This document shows positions 1 to 12,818 of a stretch of DNA of 64,000 nt, in pieces. Positions within the stretch are counted from its first letter, which is position 1. The number at the start of each line of letters is the position of its first letter. A program made the translations under genes and the position numbers. Source of the DNA: Camelus dromedarius (Eukaryota); NCBI RefSeq assembly GCF_036321535.1, contig NC_087438.1, positions 1,118,001 through 1,182,000 on the forward strand, written 5' to 3'. Under the pieces are notes generated by a model. That model searched no databases and had not been told where the DNA came from. It saw only the letters and a list, made by a program, of their open reading frames with translations.

Positions 1-560
1 CCCACAGGCCTGCCCCTGGGCCCGGGTCTCAGGCTGAGTCGGCCTCGTGCGGCGCGACCCCTTTGCCCCCGGGACTCGGCGCGCCGCTGGCGGCTGGGGA
101 CCGCTGGGCGTTCGGGGAGCCCGGCACGTTCCGCACAGACCAGGCTTGGAGAGGCCCTGCGTGCTTGGGGGCTTTATGGCGTAACTTACAGGTTTGGGAA
201 AAAGCAAGCTGCCTCCTTTCAAGCTTTTTCACAAAAGAGGAACGGCCGCGTGTCAGGTGTGCAGGACCGGGCCTAAGCCGCTTGTTGCGACGGCGGCGGT
301 GTGAGCCGGGCCGCCCGGCCGGAGGGTCCGGACCTCCTCCTGGGGCTGCGAAGCCTGTCGCGGAGCTTCACAGCAGCACCGCTTTCCCTCGGACGTCACT
401 GCAGTCAACACAGACGGGGACTCACTTCCCGGAGTCTGCGTGCTCCTCCCGCTGAGCCGCGTGCCTCCCCCAGAGGGGCGCTTGTGCAGGGAAGGCCAAG
501 TCTTTGTCCAGGCGTGTGGTTTCCTCACCAGCAGAACCGCAGCGCCCCTGAAGGAGACGG
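1..560. promoter_or_regulatory. CpG-island-like segment (possibly the edge of a larger island continuing left of the window)
   Basis: Very high GC with dense CpG (e.g. ggcgcgccgctggcggc, gcgacggcggcgg, gccgggccgcccggccgg); no coding exon recognised. Confidence 0.5.
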
Positions 561-2039
561 GGAAGGCGCAGGAGGTTTCCAGGTGCGCACCTGTGGAGGG
601 TCGGCTGCTTTATTTGCACAGAAAACAAAGCGAGCGCCTTACATTTTGACTTACTACTAATAAACGGTTTTGAAACGTGAGATTAAGAAAGACAAAATAA
701 TCAGCAAAATAATGATTTTGTTTAAATATAAAGTGTATCTTTTTTTTTTTTTTGTCATCATCTCGTGCATTCAGCGTGATGCCACCGTTAACCTTTGAAA
801 GCGCGAATGTGACGTGATGTCATTCCCCGGGAGGCCGCCAGCCCTGCAGCTGCCGCGGCCGCAGCTCTCAGGACCGGCACCCTGAGCCCAGACAGACGCC
901 TTACTCCCATGGGGCATCGCGGTTCTGCTCTTCTGTGGAGGCTGGTAAACAATTGAAGACTGAGCTTTGTGGCGTCAGGGCTCAAGCTGGGAGAGTACCC
1001 CAGGATCGAGGTCCTGGTTCAACCCATTCAACAAGCAGTGTCCCCAAACGGGATTTTCCGGCTCCCGCGGTCAGGAATGCCAGGGCTTCGAGCAGAAAGG
1101 AGAGAAATGTGTCTGAAATGATCCATCCCAAACGCTGCCCCCACGGGACGGCTTCTCCCGTTGTGACCGTGCACAGCGTGCGATGTCCTCCACGGCAGGA
1201 CCAGGGCGCCCTGTGCCACGTGGGCTTCCCGCGTGGCCGTGCCTTCGGACCTGGTGTCGGGGGTCTCACAGGGAGCCTCCCGTGCAGATTCCCGTGCCCT
1301 CCAGGCCTGGCTGGGAGCCGCAGGTTCCACGACTGCGTGTACAGCGTCCACTGAGCCCTCAGCTGGGCTCAGCCTGGTGCCAGAAGGGAGTGGACCATGC
1401 CATCGGGCAGCGGGACCTTCTAGGCTGTCGCCCCGGCTCCTTCCAGGGAGCCCCAAGTGTTGCCCTCTTTTGGAAACGGACATGGCTTTGGGGGCAACTT
1501 GTCCCGGGGCTCCCACTGGGTTCCGGGTTGGACGAGCATCGGGGGGCTGCTCTGTCCAAGGAATGCCACTCGCCAAGGGGCTCCTCCTTGCCTGTCGTGT
1601 CTGGAACCTTGGTCCTGAGACCTGGAAGAGGGGGACAGAGGAGAGCAGAGCATCTAACTGGAGCTGCAGGCCGGGGGCGGCGCGGTGGGGAGGGGCCCCA
1701 GGGCTTTCCCGGAGGAATGCTGAAGAGCAGCGCCAGGAGAGGCTGCTGGACTCCTGGCAGCTTCACGAGGTGGGCAGTGAGCTGGGTCAGGGCAGTGACG
1801 GGTGGTCTGTGGGCCCATGACGCATGCAGAGGGGCCTGTGGTGACCGCAGCCCAGCGACTGGGCCAGAGTGCGGGGAGGACCGGGCTGGGGGTGGTGCCT
1901 CGTCCACCTCCCACCCAGTCTCCTAGTCTCAGTAAAGCAACCCTGGGGGCTCCCATCAACACCCACTCCCCCTCGCCCCCGATCGACAGCAAGTCTGCCA
2001 GCTGGGCTCCGAAAGGGACCCACTGGCTCTCCAGCCCCG

Positions 2040-2480
2040 CCCCCACTGGTGCTACTAGGGCCCGGTCACCTCTTGCCTTGAGTCCCAGCCTCACCACGTC
2101 CGATCTAGTCTGCCTCCTGGCCGACTGCGGTCACAGTGACCCCCGGAAACAAAACGCACGTCATATCAGTGACCTCGGAAAATGTAACTCAAGTCACGTC
2201 ATGTCCTGTTAGGACCTCAGGTTAACCTCACCTCCTGTGCCCACGTGGCCTTCGTTTGTCTGCTGTGCGTTGGGCTGGCACCTGCCTCAGGCTGTCCCTG
2301 GTCCTCACAGGTCGTGGCCCTTCCTGATCAGACCTGACCCACCCCTCCAGCCGCGCCCTCGGGCTCCCCGTCCCTTGCCTGTCCCTGCTTATGCACCTCG
2401 TGTCCTGTGCGTGGCGGTGGCTGTTTCTGGCCTGTGTTTGACTGTTTGGTTCCCTCCTGCCTGGCCTCCATCCCCCCGCT
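2040..2480. mobile_element. Possible highly decayed LINE-2 fragment
   Basis: cagtgacctcggaaaatgtaactcaagtcacgtcatgtcctgtt and ctgtttggttccctcctgcctgg resemble typical L2 3' region phrases; very diverged. Confidence 0.3.
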
Positions 2481-3748
2481 GGGATGGTGAAGGGGTTGTC
2501 TGGTCAGCCTGTCCCACGACCGTCCCGCGGTGCTGAGCACAGACACTGGAGGTTCAGGGTCGGCCTAGACTGCCCGAAGTAACCCCCCCCCCCCCCGCCA
2601 GCCTGGGGGATTCCACCATGGGCGTGGGACCTGTGGTCTCCACAGAAAACTGGGACTCCCAGCGTGTTGGCCAGGAGTCCAGCATCCGCCTTGACCCTTC
2701 CAGAGGCCTTGGAGGGGGAGAAAGGAGGGAGCAGGGGTGGGGACAGGAGGAGGGAGGAGCTGGGCTCCGAGGGCTGGGAGGAGGGGCGATGCTCACACGG
2801 CGTGGTTCCCATCCCAGCTTCAGACTGGCCTTCCCAGACGGAGGGACTGTGGCCACTACCCAGTGGGCTGGCTGCTTGGCCACGGAGCCTAGGAAGGGTG
2901 CTGAGCAGCCCGGGTGGGGGCTGGGCAGGGACCCCACCCGCAGCCGGGTGTTGGCAGCCGAAATGGCAGAGTCTCTGTCTTGCGGGAAATCAATTGTAGG
3001 GGAGAGAAAACAGGAAAATTTCTTTTAAATGCCTCAAATCTCCTGGGCTGTGTTGTACAATGAAATGAATACATGAACCGCACAGAAAATATATCTTTCA
3101 GCTTCTCAGAATTGCTGTTTCCTAAGAACAAAGCTCTAATCAGCTGGGAGTCCAGGACTCCAGCGGCTCAGGTGAGCTGGAGCTGAAGGTGGCTTTAACT
3201 TTTCAAATCTTGCAGCTGAAAGTCAAAGAAATTGAAAATCTGCGCTGCTGTTTTCTAGACAATTTCATCGTCATGGGTTCCACACTTCACAGTATCAGCC
3301 GCGCTGGAAGTTTTTTGCTTTGTTCCAGAATGTTTGTGCTGCTCTGTGAATAAACCTGCCTTCTGCATGGGGTGCGCTTCTGATTGAGGCAACGACCATT
3401 TAGTGACTAGAACGACCGGTCTCTGGAAAGGGGCAGGATTTTCACGTAGTTCTCCGTTAGCGCGAAAAGCCTGGACGTAGTTTTGCGTTTCAGTGCCTCT
3501 CCTCTGTGCTTGGGAGTGATGTGGACAGTGCTGCGAGGATTGTGTGTCTTAGCGATGACGCCGAGCAGGGCAGGCACAGATCCATTCTGTGGGACACTGC
3601 TGATCTGGGGTGGCAGGTGTGACATGGAGAAGCAAACCCACAGGTGCTTTTCTGCTCTTCCGGTCAGTTCCCGAGGACACTGGGGGTGAGGAGTGGCACG
3701 TGGGGTGATCATCACACGAGACACCGAGCACAGATGGGAAAGGTCACG

Positions 3749-4178
3749 ACTCAGCCAAGAAAAGAATGAAATGATGCCATTTGCAGCCACGTGGGTGGAC
3801 CTCACGATTGTCATCTTAAGTAAAGAAGTCAGCTGAGAAAGACAAACATCATATGAGATCACTTATTTGTGGGATCGAAAACATGATACAAATGAAACAG
3901 ACTCACAGAGAACAAACTATGGCTACCACAGGGAAGAGGGAGGAGGGATGAATTAGGAGCTTGGGACTAACAGACACACGCACACTGTGTGTAAATAGGT
4001 CCGCAACAAGGGCTGCTGTGCAGCAGCGGGACCTGCGCTCGATGTCCTGTGACAAACCACGATGGAAAGGAATATGAAAAAGTGTGCATGTGTGTGAGTG
4101 AATTGCTTTGCTGTGGACTGGAAACTAACACACCATTGGAAATCAACTGCACTTCAATTAAAAAGAAAAAAAAGAAAG
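3749..4178 (+). mobile_element. 5'-truncated LINE-1 (ORF2 C-terminus plus cetartiodactyl-type 3' UTR and poly-A)
   Basis: aagaatgaaatgatgccatttgcagccacgtgggtggacct (ORF2 end, MPFAATW), 3' UTR ending aatcaactgcacttcaatt plus A-rich tail; candidate TSD gaaaggtcac (3738-3747) / gaaagttcac (4174-4183). Confidence 0.9.
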
Positions 4179-4839
4179 TTCACATATCTATTTTCTCAGT
4201 TTTTGAAATAATACTTCCTGTGACCCTCTTTGCTGTAAGACTTTGCTGAAATGTAGAGGAGCTTTCAAAATTCATGGGAAACGGACGTTTCAGTCTTGGT
4301 TAATCACTGGACGGTCAAACTGCAGAAAACAGTGGGGCGAGTAAATAAAAACTTCAGGAGACGTTAAGTGTCTGCAGTTGAAGGGCATAAAGATCTGACA
4401 GGCGCACCTGCGTGTTTCATCATTTCTAGTGTAGCGCGTCCTGACCCAACGAGGCTCAGGAGTGACTGTTCGTAGAAGATGTGCCGGCGCCGAGTCTGAA
4501 GCCGGCTCCTGGGCGTCCCGCCCCAGACACAGCCTCCGCGGCGAGAAGGGCGCCCGCGACAGGGCGAGTGATAGCGTGGGGAGGCTCTGGGGCGCCCAGA
4601 GTCACAACAAGCCAGGGCTGAGGCGGGCTGAGCCGCTCAGCCTTCTGTCCCCAGCAAGGCTGCTGCCCCCTGACCTTGGGCCAGTCGCCCAAGTCTTGGT
4701 CGCCCCAGTAGACTGGCAGTGACCCTCATTCTCTGGAGCTTGAGGGGAGAAGCGTGAGCTCACGTCAGAGGTTCCTGGAGAAACAAAGACCGTGCGCTGC
4801 AGGGATGACATTTCAAACATGGTGTGACAGTGGCTTACG

Positions 4840-5200
4840 GCCACCATCTTGCTTTGCCCCAGATTTTGTGGCTGGCACCTGAGGAAGGGCTCCGCTGGGT
4901 GGCTTGTCCCTGGCCTGTGAGGTGCTGGCCTGGGCCCCTCCACTCACATGACTGGTGCCTGATGGGCAGCTGTGTCCTTCCCCGGCCCCACACGGTCTCA
5001 GGGCCTCACCCTGGGGCCTCCAGAAGGGGAGCTGGACTGCTGGCAGGGTGACCCAGGATTTCCTCCCTTAGCTCTGAGGTCCGTGTCTGGAACCTGGCAC
5101 CTTTTCTGCCATACCCTGTCAGGTGAAGCCGTCACAAGCCTCATCCCGATTTAAGGAGAGGGGACAGCGGTCCCACACCCCACAGGGGGAGTGTGAACAC
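4840..5200 (-). mobile_element. Decayed MLT1-type (ERVL-MaLR) LTR
   Basis: cttttctgccataccctgtcaggtgaagccgtcacaagcctcatcccgatttaaggagaggggacag resembles the old MLT1 LTR consensus in reverse orientation. Confidence 0.55.
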
Positions 5201-6319
5201 ATTCACGCCATCCTGAGATGGCCGCGGTCTTCTCTCCGGCCGCAGGTTGCTTATATACGGCCCCTACGTGTGAGATGCTCTCATCTTCCCTCACAAGGTC
5301 CCCGGAGTTTAATTTCATTATAACGTCAGGTTCCGGCTCAGGGCCAGGATTGCCTCAATAAATCAGCCCATGGGGAAGGATCCCTGGGCGGGATCAAAGG
5401 TTCCTTCTGAGCTTAAAACCTCCCAGCTGAGACGGCAGATGCCCTTTCCTGCTCACACCCAGGGTGACATGGTGAGAGTACACAGGCTAAAGCAGACACA
5501 CCTGCCAGCAAAGGGGCCGTGGAGGGTGGAGGCTGTGCTGCAGCCGCCAGTCCTGACAACTCCAATATCCTGCCAGGCGCAGGTGCTGGTGACTCGACTG
5601 GGGCCTCCTGCCCTTGGCTCTGTCCTCTAAGACGTCCTTCTTTTCCTTAAGGAACAGCAAATACTTCTAGATCGGAAGATTGCTTCGTGCATGTAAAAAT
5701 TGTGAAAGGTTGAAGTCCTTTATTTTTCCTGTTTCTGCCTCTTCTGGTCTTAACTGACACGTTTTCTTTAAAGCGCTGTGGACCTCCTGTGTATCAGATT
5801 ATAAATGTCTTCTGTGTACAGCACGTCACTTTCTGAAACAGGACTGCAAGTCAGGACGCCGCGGGCCCGGCTTGGAAGGGCTTTGGCAGGTGTTCTGTCA
5901 GGTCGAAAGGGCCTTTGGGGCACATTCTTAAGAGTCTAGAGGTCTTCACGTACGTGTCTTAAACCACGTCTAAGGTGTCAATAAAGGGACTTCCGCTACC
6001 CCTGGGAGCCGCGCACTGAGGCCGCTTTCCAGCGGTCCTCGTCCTCGGTTCAGCATTTCCCTGTGGTCCTTTCCAGGTCTGAGGGTCTTTTGCAGACTGG
6101 AGAAGAGCCAGTTGAGAGACAGTTTTATTTTTGGACTCAGCAGGTCCTGGCTTATGTTTCCTCTAATTCTGTCTGAAAATGAAATATTTCTTATTTATTT
6201 GTTTATTTTTGTAACCACAACTCTCCACAGGCACCTCCCGGGGTCCTGCGCGGAGTAAGCAGCCCGACCCTGTCGCGGTCTCGTGCCCGAGGAGGAGCCG
6301 AGGTTCTGGTGCTTGTTAC

Positions 6320-6590
6320 TTATTATCTCAGATTCTCTTTGTACGTCCACATTTTGTACACTTCCAAGTTCATTTTCATAAAGGAATCGATAACCTCTTA
6401 CTTTGCTGAGACGGCAGGATCCGCATTGATAGCTCCATTTTCACTTCCTTGTGCTGGTAACACGTGCTTTCCCTCTGTTTCTTGGTCGGTCCTGTTAGCG
6501 CTAACCCAGTTCTAACTGTCTTTTCTAAAAACCAAGCCGCGGGCATACTGATCCATATTGTGTACTTTACTTCATGGTTTGTTATTATCT
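6320..6590 (-). mobile_element. Old LINE-1 ORF2 fragment
   Basis: gcaggatccgcattgatagctccattttcacttccttgtgctggtaacacgtgctttccctctgtttcttggtcggtcctg...gtcttttctaaaaccaagc follows the antisense L1 ORF2 pattern. Confidence 0.6.
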
Positions 6591-6644
6591 GATTCCACGC
6601 ACATGATGTTCTCTAAGGATGGCGGAATCGAGCTAGAAGCCCAC

Positions 6645-6950
6645 GCCTGAAAGAAAGTATAAGAGTTACCCAATGTTCAGAAAATGAATGACGCTCTCCT
6701 CAGTGGCTCATGGTTCCAAGAAGAGATCATGGGGAGGCTGAAGAATAGTTTTAGCTAAATAATGATGAAAACAAAACATACCAAAGTCTGAGATGAAGCT
6801 AAAAACATGCTTAGAAGGAACCTGCACTTCTGACTGCAGGCGTCGGTGCTCCTAACTGCAGGAGCAAGAAGAAAGGCTGACAGGAGGCGTGCAGATCGGG
6901 AAGTTAGAGACAGAGGAAGAGCAGCAAGTTGCCCTGAAAGCAGGCAGGTG
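6645..6950 (+). mobile_element. Old LINE-1 ORF2 fragment (region just after the endonuclease domain)
   Basis: ctaaataatgatgaaaacaaaacataccaaagtctgagatgaagctaaaaacatgcttagaagg corresponds to the L1 motif LN.NENTTYQNLWDAAKAVLRG. Confidence 0.75.
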
Positions 6951-6994
6951 CGAGGTCTCTGTTGCTGCTCATCCAGTCCGATACGTATTTCTCA

Positions 6995-7700
6995 ATCATT
7001 AGACTTTATTCTTCAGAGCAGTTGGAGGTTTACAGAAAAACTGAGCAGAGAGTACAGAACGTTCCCCTCGCCCACCCTAGTCTCTGCTCGGTGTGACACA
7101 CTGACACTCGACGAGCCGGTGTCACCACCTTGTCCTCCGCTAAAGCGCATGTGGACCCAGGGCTCGCCCGCTGCGTCAGCCGCTTGGCTCCACGCAGAGC
7201 GGTCCCACGGCCCGGAAGCCCTGTGCTCCGCCCACCCTGCCCTCCCCCGACCCCGGGCGGCTGCTGGCCTTTCCTTTTACCGTCCCCCAGAACGTCACGC
7301 AGCTGGAATCGCACTGTGCGGAGCCTTTTCAGATTGGCTCCTCCCACTCACTGATGTGCGTCTGAAGTTCTTTGTTTCCTGCATGGCTGAAGGCTCATTT
7401 CTTTTCGGTGCAGGATGATGTTCCATTATCCGGATGTACACCTGCCGTCAGCTACTGAAGGACCTCTTGGCTGCTTCCAGGTTCTGGCAACGGTCATTAA
7501 AACGGCTGCGAACATCCACGTGCAGGTTTTGTGTGGACGTAAGTTTCCGGCTCCTTTGGGTAAATGTCCCGCAGTGTGGCTGCTGGATCAGACAGTAAGA
7601 GCAGGTTTAGTTTTCTAAGAAGCCCCCAGGCTGTCCTCCGGAGGGGCTGCACCGCCCGCCTGGGTTCCCCTGCAGTGATGAGATTCCCCCACTCCACGGC
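6995..7700 (-). mobile_element. L1MC-like LINE-1 3' end
   Basis: tagactttattcttcagagcagttggaggtttacagaaaaactgagcagagagtacaga matches the L1MC 3' terminus (antisense); ggctgcttccaggttctggcaacggtcattaaaacggctgcgaacatccacgtgcaggttttgtgtggac is the ORF2 C-terminal region. Confidence 0.85.
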
Positions 7701-8249
7701 CCGCCAGCGCCCCCGCCGCGGGCCGCCGGCGCCTTGGTCATAGACGCCGTCACGGGTGCGAGGCGGCCAGCCTCTGCTTTTCAGTGGAAGTGTGGAGCCC
7801 ACCGCCCGGGTGCTGCTAGTGGTGTCGGAGCTGAGTCGGCAGCGGGTGTTCTGTGCCGCCTCACTGTCTCGGGTTCCCCCTCCCCTCTCCTGCCTCGCTT
7901 TGAATCAAACCAGCATTTCCTTTTAGCTTTTCTTTCACTCTCTGTCTTGCTACTTCAGCATTATTTTGGCTTCGTGTGGAGGCTGCACTGGCTTGGAGAA
8001 TCTCCCCACTGTCAAAGCCGAGGACCCCACGTTACTGTCGCCACCTCCCCGACAGGCCGTGAGCCCCCGGGCGGCTTGTCGTCCGGCGCCTGGCTCTCCG
8101 CCCTTTGGCCCCGCGGCCCCTCCTCGGCGTCTGCAGTGAGTGTCCCCGTGTATTTATGTGGCCGCGTCTCTGGGTCCAAGTGAGGCCACCCTCTTCGGCC
8201 TGGAGACGGCACCACGGGTTCCCCTGGAGCCGCGACACTTCCACGTGCT

Positions 8250-8410
8250 TTTTCTAGACACTTCTCCAAAGTCTCTTTATTTTACCTTCACTTTGAAAGA
8301 ATTTTTTTTTTTTTTCTGGGAGTAGAATTGTAGGTTGTCCTTCTTCCTTCTAAGCACATTGAAGACGCTATTTTGTTGTCTCACAGCTTCAGTGTTTTCC
8401 TCCCCAGTTT
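8250..8410 (-). mobile_element. Old LINE-1 ORF1 fragment
   Basis: tttattttaccttcactttgaaagaattttt...gagtagaattgtaggttg is the antisense of the ORF1 QPRILYP.KLSFK.EG motif. Confidence 0.65.
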
Positions 8411-9264
8411 CTTTCCTTCCCGGGTTTTAGACACTCGAGTCCTTTGAGCTGAGATTTTCTCTGATGCTCTCAGCTTATTCCTCCAGCAGCCTTTCTGGTT
8501 GTTCTTGGCGTGGGCCCCGGTGCTCTGGGAGCCGGTGGGGGCGGCGGCCCCTCCAGCTCGTGAGCGGCGTGCATGAGGCCGGCGGGGCCGGCGAGGGGCT
8601 CTGGAACCGGCCCCACAGACACGTGACCTGGCCAGCTGTCCGCAGATGGACCAGGGTGAGCCTGGAGCCCAGGTCGGGGTGGAAGGCTGGGAGAGAGAGA
8701 AGCCTATTTCTTCTTCAAACCAGCCTCTTGCCATGCTTTTATCCTGTTCTCTTCTTCACCTTGGTGTAAAAAGAAGGAAGTTTATTTGAATCCTGGTCCT
8801 TCCGGCAGCCCTGAATGGCCCCAGGGCTGAGTGTTTCCATTCCCATGCTGTAGACAGGGAAACCGAGGCAGAAAAGTGCTGCGGCTTGTCCTGACCTTGT
8901 ACCACGTGGGCCCCGGGCCTGGACTCTCATCTCTTGAATTCCGCACCAAGTCTGCTTCGAAGGAGCCCCAGCACCACCCGGTGCCACACCTCCTGGACCT
9001 GCCCTGGCTCCCTGAGCCTCGTCTCCAGTCCCATCCCATCTCTGGAGGATTAGGCTCCAGCAGAGGCCTGTGAACGGCCAGAAAGGTGCGCTGGCTCATT
9101 CTTATTTTGATCACCGAGGGTGGTTCGCTTTCCTGGTCCTGACCCTCCGCTGTTTTCCCGCAGGGCCTACGCAGGCTGCCCGCCGGGGGCGGGGCAACGG
9201 TGACGTTTCTGTGTGTCTTGGCCACAGCCCTTGCTATTGATCAAATATTCACCTGCTCTTCCTG

Positions 9265-9535
9265 CCAAGGAATTCTGTGGACGTGATTAAAGTTCATAAC
9301 CAGGTGACCCTAAATGAAGGAGACTGTGCTGGATAATCCGGGCAGGCCTGATCAGATCGACGGAAAAGCCCCCCAAACAGGGCTGAGGCTCCCCTGAAGA
9401 AGGAGACGTGTTGTGGATGGACGGCAGCATGGGCTGATCCCCGGGTGTCCCAGGCCTTCCCGACTACCTGCCCTGAGGGCTTCAGACCTTCCTCGCCAGA
9501 CGCCCAGTCTTGGAGCCGGGGCCTAGAAATCAATG
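9265..9535 (+). mobile_element. MLT2-type (ERVL) LTR fragment
   Basis: gtgattaaagttcataaccaggtgaccctaaatgaaggagactgtgctggataatccgggcaggcctgatc...gctgaggctcccctgaagaaggag matches old MLT2 consensus. Confidence 0.75.
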
Positions 9536-11092
9536 TCACAAAAAGTGAGCACATCTCCTGCCAGCTGAGCCGGCCCGGCCTGTGGACGGAGCGCCTGTCC
9601 GGCCAGAAGCACGTGGAGGGGCGGCACTCACAGATGTGGGGCGCCTGGGTGGGACCGGTGAGGTGGAGAGGCCGGGCTGCGGCCGTGGGGACGGTGACGG
9701 CAGGGCTGCGGTGGGATTCGGCCCACGAGGCCTGGAACTCCCGTGAGTTTCCCAGGACCATCCCTCCCTCTGTTGTCGGACACACTTGCTGTCTCGGCCG
9801 TTGCTTCCAGGGGCGGCCCCTGCACTCCCACCACCTCAGGGGGCTGGGGTCCCGTCCACCCTCCAGACGCCCGGCAGGGATGGGCCAGTGGTGCCGTGGA
9901 CCACCTTCCGCTCACCGCCCGCCCTGACGCTGCCTGCGCGTTCCCATTGGTGGTTTCCCAGCGGAAGTTTCAACTTTCCAGCCAACGACGACTTCATTTC
10001 ATCTCAATCAGTTTCAGAGAAGCACAGGCAAGGCCTTCACGAAGGAGGTGAGGTTTGGACTGGTTTTCGGGGCAGCTTTCGGAGGGGCTGCGGCCTCCAG
10101 CCAATGGCAGGTGGCGGGGAGACCATCTGGGCGGAGGAAGGACCACGAGGGTGCGTGGCCCCGAGTCCCGGTGAGGAACCTCGGCTCCTGGACCGGGAGA
10201 GGCCCCGCCTGCTTCCTGGTGCTCAGACCCCCGCCCTGGGCCTCCATACCTTCCGCGTTCCGCCCCGGCATCCCCTTCCCAGGCCCTCTTGCCCTCCCAA
10301 CCCCCCTGGCACATCCGGGACCCGCCAGTCGCGACTGAGTGCCGCCCATGGGAAACGTCTTAAGCAGCCCACGGGCTTCCCCAGCACCCGGTCCACAGCC
10401 CTGCATTGTCAGTGCAGACAAAGGAGAGATGGCGTCACAGGTCACCAGCCACTGAGCCACGTCGCAGGAAGAGCAAACAGCTCCTCCTGCTGTCACAGTG
10501 CAGCGCTTGAGGGGCCGGGACACCTTCAGAGCCTCCGCTCTTTTCTCCCGGGTCCCCGGGAGAGCCGGCCCCTCGGCCCAGCGCCGCGGGCGTCTGCGCG
10601 GGCGGTCTGCCGAGAGCGGCGTCCCAGCTGCCAGGCTAACGCCGCCTCTCTTGGGTCGGGAGGAGCCGCCCGCCCGGAGCGGGGGAGGCCCGGCCTTTGC
10701 TCCCATTCAGCAGACCAGCCCTGCCGCCCGGGCTCTGTTCCTGGGGGTCTTCCCGAGGCCGCCCCGGAAGGAGGCCACATTCACGTGCCTGCCTCCCTGT
10801 GTGTCTGGCACCCGGGCCACCCGAGCCTGGGGCCGCCATCGCAGGGCCGGGTGCTCCTGCCTCTGTCTGTCTGTCCACTTACCACGCTCGGGGCCTCCCA
10901 TCCCCAGTGCCTGCCCCTCCTGTTTGCAGCCCAAATCGACGCACCCTCATCTCCCCTCCCTTCTCAACACTGGACCGAGCGCTGGACACTCCAACAGAGG
11001 CCAGGAGGCTCCTTGGTGCAGTTCATTTTCCAAACGAGACGCAGAAACAGGGAACTGGAGCTATCTTAATAGACCACTGCCTCCCCGAAGGG

Positions 11093-11176
11093 CTGGACGG
11101 TTCACCACTGTCAGCACCTGCGATTGGACGGGACTGGACGGTTCACCACTGTCAGCACCTGCGATTGGACGGGACT
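11093..11176. repeat. Perfect 41-bp tandem duplication (2 copies)
   Basis: ctggacggttcaccactgtcagcacctgcgattggacggga at 11093-11133 and 11134-11174, identical. Confidence 0.95.
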
Positions 11177-12818
11177 CCTTTAGACCCTGGGCAACGGGAC
11201 TGTCAAGATGGTGGAGCAGAGGCCCTCGCATGAGCTCTCCTTTGCAGGGAGGGCTGTCCACAGCCCGCAGCGGCGAGCGGAACCGTCCTCACCACGCAGA
11301 GGCCGCGGCTTCTCCCCGACCTCCCAGAACAGCATGTGCACAGCGACTGGCCTCCAGGCAGCAACAGGACTGTCAGAAACGTGGTGTTCAGATTACATTG
11401 TCTCATAACGGGTTTATTTTGCTGGGAAATTCGGGGTTTCCAAGAGCCCTTGCTTTGGATCAGACTCTGCTGTGATGGGTTTTTTTGTTTGTTTGTTTTT
11501 TGGTTTTTTTTTTTGGTACAAGATTCAACTTGAATCACCTCCTCATTGTAATTTGCACCCCCAAACTTCTTTCTAATCAGGATCCTAGCGTTTCTCCTGT
11601 GGTCTCATTTATTTTAAGCTTAAACTGTCCTCAGTAAAACTTTTTGTCACTGCAACACTTCAAAATGCTCTCCGGATGGGGACTCCCATCCTTGCGAAAT
11701 CTGCAGTTGGTTAGGCTTTGGGGAGCACTTCCCCGACCGGCCCCTCTCACCAGGGTCCATACGGATCATGGGTCAGTTTTCCTGGGTTCTGTGTCTCAAA
11801 TGGAGTTCCTCAGACCTCCACCTGTGTTTCCCTCAGTAAATCATGGGTCTTTCAATATAACGACCTCAGCATGCTATTAGAAGAAACAGCATGCTGTTAG
11901 ATTTAATTATCCCATCACGGGTCATTTTCAGAATATCAATCACTACTATAAAACCGAGTCCAGAATATTATCATTTGTGGGGTGCCTGGAAGGCTGTGAG
12001 GACACGTAGCTCATGGAGGCGTTAGGTGTTACGGTTCTGAAGGTATTTCTTGATTTCTTACTCTCAGCTTCTGATTCTAAATGTCAGAATTAATTACAGG
12101 GCACATGACACTAACACAGATCCTTTACCGCTATTGCAGGAATGTTGCTGCAACGCCCCTGCGAGAGCTAGACTAGCTGTACGTTAACTTTCTACCAGGA
12201 AAAGTGTCCCCTTTCTAATTGGTGCAAAAGTGAATTGGGTGCAGTTCCCTGAGCCGGGCCCAAGGGCGTGTGCTCTGAGGGACAGGGTGTTAAGATGCCG
12301 GCTCGCAGGTGAGTTTAGACAGAGGCAGGGGGTACGTCGTGGAGGAACCTGGGTACGTATTTGCTCAGCGGGTGAGCGGTAAGCCACGCAGCAGGACAGT
12401 CGGCCCTGGCAGAGTGCTCTGCTGTCTCTGAACAAGTTGTGCCACGTTGCCAGCTCCCTGTGTGCGCCCCCTCACTGAAATCCCCCCCTGTAGCCCCTTG
12501 CCCGGGTTGCCGACCACGGGGAGAGAGGGTGTGGGGAAAGCCAGCGGCAGCTCCTGAGGGGCCGGTCGCCTGGCAGCGGGCAGACGGGCAGACGTCTGCC
12601 TGGCTCCGTGTGCCGGCCTCCTCCCTGGTCCTCGGAACGCCCCCAGGCTGGGAGGGCGCCCTGAGCCCAGGTCTGCCCGGCTGAGCGCTCACCCACTGCA
12701 GCTTTGTCTGTGGGAATGACTTTGATCTATCTGCGGTGTCTCCTCTTCAGCTAGGGCCCGCTCTGTGTCTCCAGGCTGACTTCTAAGGCCCTGATCATGG
12801 GTGCAGGACGGTGCCCTT

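Noticed and set aside
3102..3360. Possible small exon (3102-3171) followed by a terminal exon with AATAAA
   Set aside because: Weak pyrimidine tract, and the implied intron would be only ~44 nt; insufficient support.
9786..11475. Longest ORFs (427 aa at 9786-11069, 325 aa at 10498-11475)
   Set aside because: Pro/Arg/Gly/Ala/Ser-rich, overlapping on both strands, no recognisable domain and no splice or Kozak support; expected from stop-codon scarcity in high-GC DNA.
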